Shown: in pieces, positions 45,756-55,274 of the stretch
Layout of the letters: every line of letters starts with the position of its first letter
How positions within the stretch are numbered: position 1 is the stretch's first letter
Virus record (IMG/VR): IMGVR_UViG_3300023082_000010
Location: 28,421 to 92,420 of that record
Length of the DNA stretch: 64,000 bases
Direction: 5' to 3' (one strand)
From: a virus
The notes under the pieces: model-generated
Seen by the model: the letters and a program-made list of their open reading frames with translations, nothing else
The model's database searches: none
What the model was told of the DNA's origin: nothing
Program-made: the position numbers and the translations under genes

Positions 45756-46511
45756 ATGAAGCACGAAGAATTGATGCTGTTGCCACAAAAGTCGCGTATT
45801 TCCTCTAGTCATAATGGTGGTATGACTCACGTTATTCGGATTCACGAGGATATTTCTGAACCAAGTAATTGGAGCGATGAGCTGGACCTAATCAACGGAG
45901 CCTCAGAATCTGATACCATCGTATTGGACGTTTGCTCGCCGGGTGGATATCTTGATACGGCAATGTTGTTTCACCGGAGCTTGAATAACTGTGCTGCACA
46001 TACAATCGCAATCATTGGGCCTGAGTGTGCAAGTGCTGCTTCGATCATCAGTCTTTCGGCTCGGGAGTGGATATTGGATGACACTTCTAGCTTAATGATT
46101 CACACAAGTTCCTATAGTTTGGGAGGAAAAGACACAGATATCCTAGAACATGCAAACTTCTCTCGTGGGCAGCTGAAACGCTTGTACGAGAAGGTGTATT
46201 CGGGTTTTCTCAGTTCTGACGACCTCAGCGATGTAATTAAAGGGACTCCGTTTTACTTTAGTGCTGAACAGATTGCAGATCGATTGGATGCTTTGACTGA
46301 GTATCGTAATAACCAACCTTGCACAAATCCTGATTGTCAAGAGTGTGGTATTGTTGAAGACTTCGAAGACGAAGAACCTCACTTGACAATTGACGAAATC
46401 GTAGAACAAGCCGTGGCACGAGCACTAATCGCCCACGATAAGCGATTAGAAGCTGCTAAACGTAAATCAGCCAGTGCTGAGAAAAAGAAACTTGTAAAAG
46501 ATTCAGAATAA
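45756..46511 (+). CDS. ClpP-like serine protease
   Basis: CSPGG, CASAAS (catalytic Ser), SLMIH (catalytic His). Confidence 0.85.
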   Translation: MKHEELMLLPQKSRISSSHNGGMTHVIRIHEDISEPSNWSDELDLINGASESDTIVLDVCSPGGYLDTAMLFHRSLNNCAAHTIAIIGPECASAASIISLSAREWILDDTSSLMIHTSSYSLGGKDTDILEHANFSRGQLKRLYEKVYSGFLSSDDLSDVIKGTPFYFSAEQIADRLDALTEYRNNQPCTNPDCQECGIVEDFEDEEPHLTIDEIVEQAVARALIAHDKRLEAAKRKSASAEKKKLVKDSE

Positions 46512-46553
46512 TATTACACTGCCACGGACGGCATTTGCTTTAGGAGAGAATAT

Positions 46554-46739
46554 ATGAAATACCTAGCTATGGTCGCAGTAGGTTTAGTTATTGCAGGTTG
46601 TGTTGAAGCTGATTCGCCAGTGAAGTTTAAAACAGAAGATATTGGGTATCCTTTCTACAGTCTCAAACGAACAGTTGATGAAGATTACAAGGTGGTTTGT
46701 TATACACACACTAACATGGTTTCTTGTGTAAAACTCTGA
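46554..46739 (+). CDS. Small lipoprotein
   Basis: Lipobox IAGC; VVCY...SCVKL. Confidence 0.65.
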   Translation: MKYLAMVAVGLVIAGCVEADSPVKFKTEDIGYPFYSLKRTVDEDYKVVCYTHTNMVSCVKL

Positions 46740-46747
46740 GGTGTAAT

Positions 46748-47041
46748 ATGGCAGCTAAAGAAAAAGAGTTGAGAGTAACAACAGTTTCTTACGAAGATTT
46801 CACAGCCTACGACTACATTTGCCAAGCTGCATTTTACTTCAAAGATGCCCTAGGTCAAATTCATATGTTACATAGCAGTAAACGTGATGAGTGTCAAGCT
46901 TGGGTTGATGAGAACTACCCACCGAAGGGTAAATATAAAGTTATTGCAAGTCGGGAACAAAAAACTAAAAGTAAGCTTGAAAGTGGAGGACTCTCTTGTT
47001 ATGGTACGGCCACGAGAAAGGGACAGCGTTCCCCGAACTAA
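46748..47041 (+). CDS. Conserved hypothetical phage protein
   Basis: GAGGTG SD before ATG 46748. Confidence 0.55.
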   Translation: MAAKEKELRVTTVSYEDFTAYDYICQAAFYFKDALGQIHMLHSSKRDECQAWVDENYPPKGKYKVIASREQKTKSKLESGGLSCYGTATRKGQRSPN

Positions 47042-47204
47042 ATTAAACAAATAGGAGAGAACAAATGTTAGTATGGGAATTTTCAGATATGCTCGATATT
47101 TCAACAGAAGATTCATATCAGATTCAGGAGATGTTGACAGCACAAACTTGCCGTGATGATTATGATCAAGATTATTCTGATTACTTTAGTGTAGGTATGG
47201 AAGA

Positions 47205-47684
47205 ATGAAGGAGAAAGAGCTTCACTTCTACATGCAAACAGCAGAGAACGCTGCACAGATGAGCCATGCTGTACGTAAGAAGGTGGGTGCATGTGTAATC
47301 ACTAAGAATCGTGGTATTTATATTGGATACAATGGACGATTGGAGGGGCAGGATAATACTTGTGAAGAAACGGTCTGCACCACCATCCACGGAACGATGC
47401 ATCAAGGTAGGGTACAAATAGAAAAAGGGCTTGATTGTAAGTCAGTCACAAGAAAAGATGTGGTTCATGGGGAGATGAACGCATTGGCTAAGATGCTTAA
47501 AGAGGGCGTATCAGCAGAAGGTGCTTCACTGGTCGTTACCTTAGCACCGTGTTCTAGCTGCGCTATTATGATTGCTTCAAGTGGAATCAAGGAGGTTGTG
47601 TACAAAGAGAAGTATCGAGATGAGGATGGATTGAAAATATTAATCGACTCAGGTGTTATAGTTAAACAATACAATCAACAATGA
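47205..47684 (+). CDS. dCMP deaminase
   Basis: KVGAC, GYNG, HGEMNA, PCSSC zinc motif. Confidence 0.9.
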   Translation: MKEKELHFYMQTAENAAQMSHAVRKKVGACVITKNRGIYIGYNGRLEGQDNTCEETVCTTIHGTMHQGRVQIEKGLDCKSVTRKDVVHGEMNALAKMLKEGVSAEGASLVVTLAPCSSCAIMIASSGIKEVVYKEKYRDEDGLKILIDSGVIVKQYNQQ

Positions 47685-47694
47685 TCTATACAAC

Positions 47695-47742
47695 GGCTGC
47701 TTAGTGACTTATAATTTAGGTCACAAGGCGGCCTTTTTTTTT
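47695..47742 (+). terminator. Rho-independent terminator
   Basis: GGCTGC-TTAGTGAC...GGTCACAA-GGCGGCC followed by a long T-run. Confidence 0.7.
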
Positions 47743-47767
47743 AAGCTAAAATTGGGAGAAATAAAAA

Positions 47768-48010
47768 GTGGATAAGATTATAGGAGATGTAGCTGTTTTA
47801 GATAATGGGACTGCTTGGAGATTGCCTAGGACTAAAGACGAACTTTCTTGGCGTTGTACTTGGTCTCCAGATTCAATTACACATCAAGATTTACTTCGGA
47901 TTGCTAGCACACTACAATCTTATCAGTACATGGTTGAGTGTATGACTCAAAAAGAACGTAATGATGTTTGTGAAAGACTTAAAAACTTGATGAAAGGAGA
48001 GACAAAATGA
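47768..48010 (+). CDS. Hypothetical protein
   Basis: GGGAGA SD, GTG start. Confidence 0.55.
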   Translation: MDKIIGDVAVLDNGTAWRLPRTKDELSWRCTWSPDSITHQDLLRIASTLQSYQYMVECMTQKERNDVCERLKNLMKGETK

Positions 48011-48201
48011 CTTACCTAATTATCTGGCTTGTATCTGGAATCATTGGCAGCATTATGCTAGCCCTCGGCGGATCTGTAGACGGAGAAAAGATTGACTCTG
48101 TAGATGTTCTCTTCCTAGGCTTCCTTTCTCTTGGTGGAATTGGAACATTCCTCCTAGGAATCCCAATGCTGTCTGTATGGGTGAGAAGTAAATTCAAATG
48201 A
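48007..48201 (+). CDS. Small membrane protein
   Basis: Two hydrophobic segments. Confidence 0.6.
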   Translation: MTYLIIWLVSGIIGSIMLALGGSVDGEKIDSVDVLFLGFLSLGGIGTFLLGIPMLSVWVRSKFK

Positions 48202-48362
48202 CTCGTGATCAATTGAACAAACAATTAGTACTTTTACAGAAAGATGCACTGAAAGTAGAAAAGCGGATGTCTTCTATTGCAAAGAAGCTTGATATCCCTG
48301 ATAATGAAGATATCAAGAAGATTGTTAATGAAATACAGCTGCTATTGCAGCACATTGATTAG

Positions 48363-48629
48363 GTGGGAATAGCCATGCAAACTGAATATTCTGCTGATTT
48401 TCAACTGACATCCCTTAAAGACATTCTTTTTCAATTGCAAATCAGCGCATCAAAAGTGTCAGATGAGGAATTTAAACGTGTAGGCTGCACAGGGTTGATG
48501 AATTCAATTCAGAACTGTAAAAAGCTAATAAAACTAGCTGAACAGCTTACGATTTATGAACAGATTAGTATGTACAGTGACCAAGTGTGTGGATACTCGG
48601 ATTCACTTGGCATTCACAACGAGGTGTAA
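48363..48629 (+). CDS. Hypothetical protein
   Basis: ORF in operon. Confidence 0.5.
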   Translation: MGIAMQTEYSADFQLTSLKDILFQLQISASKVSDEEFKRVGCTGLMNSIQNCKKLIKLAEQLTIYEQISMYSDQVCGYSDSLGIHNEV

Positions 48630-48630
48630 G

Positions 48631-48825
48631 ATGGTTAAAGATAAAACACTACCTCTTCTCAATTCAGAAAAGAAAGAGCTTCTTGAGAGGATCAAGGCTG
48701 AGAAGAATCGAGCTGACCAAGTATTTGGCTGCGTAATGAGGAAAGTGAATGGTGTTGTGATTCGTGCTGACTACCTCACAACTGAACAGAAAGAAAAACT
48801 GATAGCACAACTCTTGGAGAATTAG
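48631..48825 (+). CDS. Hypothetical protein
   Basis: GAGGTG SD before ATG 48631. Confidence 0.55.
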   Translation: MVKDKTLPLLNSEKKELLERIKAEKNRADQVFGCVMRKVNGVVIRADYLTTEQKEKLIAQLLEN

Positions 48826-49160
48826 AAATGTTCTTTTTATTTATAATCTGTATGACCGTGTTTACAATGTATGTTGATGCAATCTGTTGCATGTCAGTGA
48901 AACACAGGTATAACTGGAAAACTTCAATGTTGTCTGCTTTGTTCTGGCCTGTAACATTGATTATTGTCATCATTGCAGTAGTCAAAGAAACAAAGGAGTA
49001 TTGAAATGACCATAGTATTTCTCCTATACGAAGTAGCCACTGTTGGCAGAGTGGAGCACACATTGATTGATATCTTCTCTGACTGGAAAGAAGCTGAAGA
49101 CGCTCGTGTTGGAATGAACAGTCAGCGTGAACATGGTTTTATTGAATATGTTCTACAAGA

Positions 49161-49502
49161 GTGGTATGTAAGATGACCACAAACAATGAATTAACTGTGA
49201 TCTCCTACCCAATTGAGGACGATGAAGCAGCTATTAGAGTATTATCCAAGCGTCTGAATATGTTCCTTAAACGCCCCTTAATGTACACAAATGAAGAGAA
49301 TGTAGCAGCTATTGTGGAAGGGTTTGAGTATGTGTTACAATCAGTCCTGAAACTACCAATGGATCGGGATTACCATAAATATTGGTGTGCCGTAAACGGC
49401 TGTAGATGTCCAAAGCTGGATAATCAAGACAGGTGGGGTACACCTTACAGGGTGATCAGTGCTGATTGTCCTTATCATAATATTAAAGGAGAAAGTAAAT
49501 GA
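49161..49502 (+). CDS. Conserved phage protein with C-terminal CxCPKxDN...CPxH motif
   Basis: GCRCPKLDNQDRWGTPYRVISADCPYH. Confidence 0.6.
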   Translation: MVCKMTTNNELTVISYPIEDDEAAIRVLSKRLNMFLKRPLMYTNEENVAAIVEGFEYVLQSVLKLPMDRDYHKYWCAVNGCRCPKLDNQDRWGTPYRVISADCPYHNIKGESK

Positions 49503-49714
49503 CTTACACAATTCAGTATGATGGCAGTACAGACACATATAAAATGAATGACTGTACAGAGAATTGGATTGGATGCCATTTGATGCAGATTGCTAAAGAG
49601 AATGATATTGACCCAAACTCTTTTATCAGTGAGAGCCACGGTCTGCATATACTTCGTGGTCAAGAGCTTGACATTGATATTCTAGATGAAGATGGCTCAC
49701 CCCTTATTTGGTAA
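49499..49714 (+). CDS. Hypothetical acidic protein
   Basis: AGGAGA SD. Confidence 0.55.
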   Translation: MTYTIQYDGSTDTYKMNDCTENWIGCHLMQIAKENDIDPNSFISESHGLHILRGQELDIDILDEDGSPLIW

Positions 49715-49799
49715 AAGTAGCCTGTAGATGGTACTTTTGGTAAAGTAGCCCCTGAAGGCTACAGTGTACTAGAAAGTCAGATTATAGGAGAAAGTATAA

Positions 49800-50030
49800 A
49801 TGAATTACGAATTAGAATTTGAGAAAGCGGTGTATAATCTGCTCAATGTTTGGCAGCAATACAACTCTTGGGGAAGTGATAAAGAACACTTCTCGCATGC
49901 GTGCATGCGTGCTGGAGAGAACGCTTCGGAATTCTTGGAAAGACATGGCTATGGTACGGACACAGGATGGGGATTTGAGCCCAATAATAAAGCCATTGAA
50001 CTAATGAAGCGAGAGGAGCTAGATGAATGA
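49800..50030 (+). CDS. Hypothetical protein
   Basis: AGGAGA SD. Confidence 0.55.
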   Translation: MNYELEFEKAVYNLLNVWQQYNSWGSDKEHFSHACMRAGENASEFLERHGYGTDTGWGFEPNNKAIELMKREELDE

Positions 50031-50366
50031 GTACAGAACCTAAATACACGCCTCCCACATTTGAGGAAACAATCATTCGTGACTTCCTCTCTTTTGTAGC
50101 TAAAGAACATTGTGCAGTGTTGGTGAATATTCAGACAGAGGGGAAATATAAGTTTCTTAATATGGATGGGATCGTTAAAGAATATGTGCAAGGGGGAGAG
50201 AAATGAGTGACAATAAAGATATAAACTTATGGGTAATTCTTAATGACCTCTATGCAGCTAATCAACAATTAGAAAAAGTTGAGGGTATGCTAAGGACTAA
50301 ACAAAATCTTAGGTATTTGATTGATGATCTTGAACAAGAACTTAAATCAATTAAGGAGAAAGAATT

Positions 50367-50846
50367 GTGATTATTGACTGGAGTAAATCTAAAGATGCAT
50401 CTCAATACTACATTGAGCACATCACCAATGATTTGGCGTATAATAGTGATCGTGATGGATTTTATAAATTGACAGACTACGCTTTTTATAGTGAAAAGGG
50501 AAGTTGGATAAAAGGTAAAGATCATGTGTTTAATAATCTAGGTGTTTTATATAATATATATTCCAAACCTAAAGAAACAAAGCCTCTAGATTATCACACA
50601 AGGATGTGTCCGTACTCAAATATCGAAACTAAAAAAGATAATCTAGTTTCGATGGGAATGCGAACAGAAAAATTAGAACTTACCCCTCTCGCCCGATTTT
50701 TAGAAGTACATTTGTCTGGGGATATCTACGAGATAGATAAAAGATACGTTGAAAAAGGTTTCTATTTTAAACTTGATGGTGAAGTGTTTGAGTATTCAGC
50801 TGTAGATCTTCGTAATATCTTTCGTAAACATGAGGAAAACAAATAA
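50367..50846 (+). CDS. Hypothetical protein
   Basis: AAGGAG SD. Confidence 0.55.
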   Translation: MIIDWSKSKDASQYYIEHITNDLAYNSDRDGFYKLTDYAFYSEKGSWIKGKDHVFNNLGVLYNIYSKPKETKPLDYHTRMCPYSNIETKKDNLVSMGMRTEKLELTPLARFLEVHLSGDIYEIDKRYVEKGFYFKLDGEVFEYSAVDLRNIFRKHEENK

Positions 50847-51037
50847 TGGAACTGCGTACAGAAGTTAAATGCTTCACTGTAAAAATGATGTGTGATGAAT
50901 GTTTCTCAGGCGAGATGCTTTCCACAGGTTTGGTGCTGACAAGCTATCCTGCCTTGTACAAACATAAGTGTACATTGTGTAGTCATAAAGGTAACTATTA
51001 TAGTGTTTATCCTAAAGTGGAGTATTCAGAATGTTGA
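50846..51037 (+). CDS. Zn-ribbon protein
   Basis: CDEC..GEM...YP..YKHKCTLC. Confidence 0.6.
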   Translation: MELRTEVKCFTVKMMCDECFSGEMLSTGLVLTSYPALYKHKCTLCSHKGNYYSVYPKVEYSEC

Positions 51038-51264
51038 AAACACGTCGTATCAAAGGAGAGCTTGCTTTTTACGAATCAACTACTGGGGTCACTCTGAACA
51101 GCATTAAGAGTGTTGCATTTACCGGATACCCCGAAATCATTGTTACTGTTGTGTATAAAGATGGAGTGCCACACGTATTTCTGCCCTTCAGAGATGGCAA
51201 TCCCCTAGTTTCATTGCAGACAGCTATTGAACGAATGGATTTGATTATTACGAAGGTGGCTTGA
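51031..51264 (+). CDS. Hypothetical protein
   Basis: GGAG SD, coupled. Confidence 0.5.
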   Translation: MLKTRRIKGELAFYESTTGVTLNSIKSVAFTGYPEIIVTVVYKDGVPHVFLPFRDGNPLVSLQTAIERMDLIITKVA

Positions 51265-51265
51265 T

Positions 51266-51490
51266 ATGTGGGAGCTAATTCACATCGCAGGATGTGGTGG
51301 AGTGTGCTACAGACGAAGTAGTCAGCCAGAGCTGCATACAAAGCTTGATGAGAAAGATAGTTTTAATCTTGATGGAACTCCTGTAGAGAGAAATCAAGCT
51401 GTTATATGTCAGTCTTGTGGTGAGGTTCTTAAAGTTTATAATCCTTACAATGAGGTTCATCCTAGTAAATGGAGACATGTTGATGACTAG
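51266..51490 (+). CDS. Zn-binding hypothetical protein
   Basis: H..GCG...CQSCG. Confidence 0.5.
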   Translation: MWELIHIAGCGGVCYRRSSQPELHTKLDEKDSFNLDGTPVERNQAVICQSCGEVLKVYNPYNEVHPSKWRHVDD

Positions 51491-51704
51491 AGAACAGTTC
51501 ATTAAAAAGTTCTTTAATGTAGAGGGATTTAATGAATCCTCAGAAATGTGGAAAGGAATCTCTAGAGCTTCTTCTATTTTCGGTATTGAATATGCTTTAA
51601 TAGGGGCTGTGTATGACCTTCAACAGCAGATTACACAGAAAGATGAGTTCATTGATTATCTAGATCAGAGATTGATTAATCTGGAACAGGAGGTTTATAA
51701 ATGA
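51417..51704 (+). CDS. Hypothetical protein (true start probably near 51480)
   Basis: C-terminal coiled coil; coupled. Confidence 0.5.
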   Translation: MVRFLKFIILTMRFILVNGDMLMTREQFIKKFFNVEGFNESSEMWKGISRASSIFGIEYALIGAVYDLQQQITQKDEFIDYLDQRLINLEQEVYK

Positions 51705-51982
51705 TTTATCCTAAACACATCTATCGTGATTTTGAGATTATAGAAAAAGAGATTTGTGGAGAGAGGCACTTTGCTATTGTGGAGACCAAAACCTTTCTGT
51801 TCTTTTGGGAACGTAAGTGCCATGTCTATTTAGGTAGTTTTTCCTTCAACGGGTGGGCTGGTTATGAATCCTCAAAAGGTTGGGGTGATATCTGGCACAA
51901 ATATAGCTACACATGTGAGTCTGCTATCAAAGCAATGAACGAGCAAAGCGAATATAGATTTAAAAGGAAAGTGTTAAATTGA
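51701..51982 (+). CDS. Hypothetical protein
   Basis: AGGAGG SD. Confidence 0.55.
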   Translation: MIYPKHIYRDFEIIEKEICGERHFAIVETKTFLFFWERKCHVYLGSFSFNGWAGYESSKGWGDIWHKYSYTCESAIKAMNEQSEYRFKRKVLN

Positions 51983-52197
51983 GCACACGAGTTTGTGAAT
52001 TCTGCAAAGACTGGACACCAGAATACCTAGAAGAATTCTACACAAAAGACTTAATTACTGGAGGCATCTTTGATGCCGCATTTCCAGTGTGTGGGGCGTG
52101 TGAGGGGACTAGGGAATTGGATAGTAGGGCTTGTTTCTGTCACGCTTGGGATGAGACAGAATGTGGGTGTAATGCTGATTGGAGTGATGAGGGATGA
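51979..52197 (+). CDS. Cys-rich hypothetical protein
   Basis: Multiple CxxC/CxC motifs. Confidence 0.5.
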   Translation: MSTRVCEFCKDWTPEYLEEFYTKDLITGGIFDAAFPVCGACEGTRELDSRACFCHAWDETECGCNADWSDEG

Positions 52198-52784
52198 ATA
52201 ATCTAAGTGTAAATGAACACAAGAGTGAAAGTTATGCACCAAGGACATATCACAACGCTTCCCAAGGTTGTACATTAGCTGTAGCTGTGGACTTCAACAC
52301 AGCAGGAGAACGTCTTACACATAAAGCTGCCAAGGATAAGATTGTGCAGATTGCTTGGGGAACAGACGTTATTACAACAGCACGTAAACTATATTCATTG
52401 CTTAAGAAATATGATTGTCATGTTGTGAATGTTGCAGGTAATGGAATCTATACACTAGTGAAGAAAGGGGTAGACCAGAAGACAGCTAATAAATTTGTTT
52501 ATGATGTACTAAAGCTTGTGAATACACATTGGCCTATTACAAAGGTTGTCAGTGGAGGTCAGACAGGGATGGATATGGCAGGATTGGTTACTGGACTTGC
52601 TTTAGGAATTGAAACAGAAGCTATGTATCCCAAAGGATTTCTGATGCGATTAGTTGATGGGAAAGATACTTACATGTGGAAGCTAGATATGCAACAAGCT
52701 GAGATGGAAATTTGTTCTAAATGGGCCTACCGTATTTATAGGAGTGTTCAGAAGGTGCTTGATAGAGGAGATGAATTGGTGTGA
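52194..52784 (+). CDS. SLOG-superfamily protein (circularly permuted YpsA-like)
   Basis: YAPRT.HNA, VNVAGNG, VVSGGQTGMDMAGL, PKGF. Confidence 0.7.
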   Translation: MNNLSVNEHKSESYAPRTYHNASQGCTLAVAVDFNTAGERLTHKAAKDKIVQIAWGTDVITTARKLYSLLKKYDCHVVNVAGNGIYTLVKKGVDQKTANKFVYDVLKLVNTHWPITKVVSGGQTGMDMAGLVTGLALGIETEAMYPKGFLMRLVDGKDTYMWKLDMQQAEMEICSKWAYRIYRSVQKVLDRGDELV

Positions 52785-52981
52785 CAGATATTAAAGAGCA
52801 GGCTGAAAGCCTTAGAAAACAAGGACTGACACCACAAGAACAAATTCTACAAAACTGGGCGAATGAGTTTGTAGATATTTATGGTAAAGAGCCTTCTCAA
52901 GATACAATAAATTATTGGAAGCTTCAGATAAATGCACTACACTGGACAGACTATGACACTGAAGAGGATTTAGATGACTAA
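52781..52981 (+). CDS. Hypothetical protein
   Basis: Coupled ORF. Confidence 0.5.
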   Translation: MTDIKEQAESLRKQGLTPQEQILQNWANEFVDIYGKEPSQDTINYWKLQINALHWTDYDTEEDLDD

Positions 52982-54281
52982 AGTAATCGTGTACGATGAA
53001 CTTCCCGGAACGGGTAAGTCATGGAGAATGATTGACAAGATTAATAACTCTGACAAAGATCGGAGATTTATTGTTGTTACTCCTTTTCTAGCAGAGTGTC
53101 ACAGGTACGCTGGCACAGTACTTGACAAAGATAGTGGAGATAAACAACTCCCTAGTAAAGATGACCATGGGAATATAATCTATGATGGTACTGGCTGTAG
53201 TGCGTCTGGTCGTAGATTTGAACACCCTATCTCTGGATACAAAACAAAGGTAGAGCATATTGCAAAGCTTGTCCATGAGGGGAAGGATATAGTAACAACC
53301 CATGCCGCGCTTAAGCTCTTTACACCCGAGACAGTTAAGGATGTAAAGGATGCGGGTTACACTCTTGTAATTGATGAGGAGCTTGAATGTATCAGACCAC
53401 ATCCTTGCAAGATGCACAGAAGGAAGATGCTACTAGGCTCTAATGTTATTTATGAGGATGAGTTAGGACTTCTACGTTGGAACGAAGACTACCCAATTGA
53501 TGACATCAAAGACCTAGATAGCTCGGGCTTTAGCTGGGACATGCAGATCAAAGCTTTGTGTGATAATGGTAGTCTTGTACTGATTGCAGATGAGAAAGGT
53601 AATCGTGATTTATTCATGTGGGAATATCCTATTGAGTTTATCAAAGCATTTGACAAGGTTGAAGTGCTAACCTACTTGTTTAAAGGATCTATGTTTGAGA
53701 AATATCTAGACTTCTACGGTATTCCGCATGAAACAAAGTTAGGCATCCAAATGCAATCTAACATCTTTGATTTGATTAACATCATTGACAATCCAAAGAT
53801 GAATCGTATTGGTGATCGAGAAACTGCCTTCTCAGTAAGTGACCAGAAGAGGTATGCAAAAGACAGTGCTACTGCTGTTACAGTGAAAGCCAATCTCGGT
53901 AACTACTTTAGGAACAGTACGTATGGTAAGTCAAACACAGAGGACAGGTTGTGGACTTGTTTAGGAGAAGCCTTTAGCACATTCAAAGGTGCTGGATATA
54001 CTAAGTGTCACATTGCCCATAATACTAAAGCTGTGAATGATTATATGGAAACAAGTCAGCTAGCCTATATCTACAACTCTTACATCCATCCCGAACCTTA
54101 CAAATATCTGCTAGATAGAGGTACAGAGTTTGCACCAGATCAGAATAGATATCCACTGAGCGAGCTTTTACAATGGATCTATAGAAGTAGAGTTAGGAAA
54201 GACGAACCTATAAACCTGTATATTCCCAGCAGTCGTATGAGAGGGTTACTCCAAGACTGGATGAGTGGAAATATGACTTAG
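52974..54281 (+). CDS. SF2 helicase-like protein (DEAD/DEAH-like N-terminus)
   Basis: Walker A PGTGKS, motif Ia VVTPFLAE, TTHA, Walker B LVIDEE, LTYLF, C-terminal SELLQWIYRSRVR. Confidence 0.75.
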   Translation: MTKVIVYDELPGTGKSWRMIDKINNSDKDRRFIVVTPFLAECHRYAGTVLDKDSGDKQLPSKDDHGNIIYDGTGCSASGRRFEHPISGYKTKVEHIAKLVHEGKDIVTTHAALKLFTPETVKDVKDAGYTLVIDEELECIRPHPCKMHRRKMLLGSNVIYEDELGLLRWNEDYPIDDIKDLDSSGFSWDMQIKALCDNGSLVLIADEKGNRDLFMWEYPIEFIKAFDKVEVLTYLFKGSMFEKYLDFYGIPHETKLGIQMQSNIFDLINIIDNPKMNRIGDRETAFSVSDQKRYAKDSATAVTVKANLGNYFRNSTYGKSNTEDRLWTCLGEAFSTFKGAGYTKCHIAHNTKAVNDYMETSQLAYIYNSYIHPEPYKYLLDRGTEFAPDQNRYPLSELLQWIYRSRVRKDEPINLYIPSSRMRGLLQDWMSGNMT

Positions 54282-54313
54282 TATTTATTTCTGTTTAAAA
54301 GTACTAAAATTAG

Positions 54314-54347
54314 ACCTCAGCCCTTGTAATACGTGGCTTACAGAGGT
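54314..54347. repeat. Imperfect palindrome copy B downstream of the helicase-like gene
   Basis: Reverse complement ACCTCTGTAAGCCACGTATTACAAGGGCTGAGGT matches copy A. Confidence 0.75.
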
Positions 54348-55104
54348 GTTGCCCTAAAGGAAGTAGGTATAGAAATATGTTTTAAGTAAGAGCAAAAGCA
54401 TTATTTTCTTATTTATCTCTTACTTCTATCCTTACTTTTAAGGGTGTTTCTAGGTGTAAAATATCAACCATTTTATATTTTGGGAGTCAGCTTGTATCAG
54501 TGACTCTTTACTTTTCTGTGTCCAAATATCCTTGAAAGCCTTATGTATTAAGGTGTCTATTCAATTCCCCTATAAACCAGATCTCTAGTAGACCGTCTTA
54601 ACGCACCAACACAGTGCACAAATATACCCTTATGCGATTATAAAATATTTGAAGAGAATAATCCAATTGATTGTCACTATAGCTTTGACCAGATCAATAG
54701 ATACTATTCAATACACCCTCACATACCTTGGCCTAAGACTTGCCTTGCTTATACTGTGCCAAGTAGTGTAAAGATAGTAATAAGTAATACTGATCCGTAG
54801 CATAACGTAACAGTGGTCGTAAGGTGGCATATGTTAAATGTTACCCGATAGGTATTACTCATTGACCTATCTGACAGACAGCCTTGACAACACCCTACAG
54901 TCTATGCTCTATAGCCACTGTGTATACTATTAGACGTACGTTAGTACACACCTATCAATACTGCATATGTAATGAATAAAAGCTATATGATAAGGGAATT
55001 GTTGACAAGGAATGGTTAGTATGGAGTGGAATGAGGGTGGTACAGGGAGGGATTCGTGCCTGTGCTTAATCTTTCGATTAATCCCAACCACCCACACAGA
55101 CGCC

Positions 55105-55223
55105 TATAAAGTGACTAATAGTCCTCTTTCAGTCACATTGTAGACTAAGTGGGACAAAGCTTTGAGAGAATTTACAGGTGTTTATAAAGTGACTAGAATT
55201 GTGTTTGTAGTCATATTGGAGAC
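55105..55223. repeat. Two 41-bp direct repeats, each with an internal inverted repeat
   Basis: TATAAAGTGACTA-N13-AGTCA(C/T)ATTG(T/G)AGAC at 55105 and 55183 (78-bp period). Confidence 0.75.
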
Positions 55224-55224
55224 G

Positions 55225-55251
55225 AAAGAAAAGGGACTATCTAGTCCCTTT
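55225..55251 (-). terminator. Terminator closing the early region
   Basis: AAAGGGACTA/TAGTCCCTTT stem followed by a T-rich tail on minus. Confidence 0.7.
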
Positions 55252-55274
55252 GAAGTTACCCTGCTACAAGACTA

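Noticed and set aside
55105-55223. Possible CRISPR or TIGR-like mini-array
   Set aside because: Only two units with a variable centre; no cas or Nop-domain gene in the window; kept only as a binding-site-like repeat
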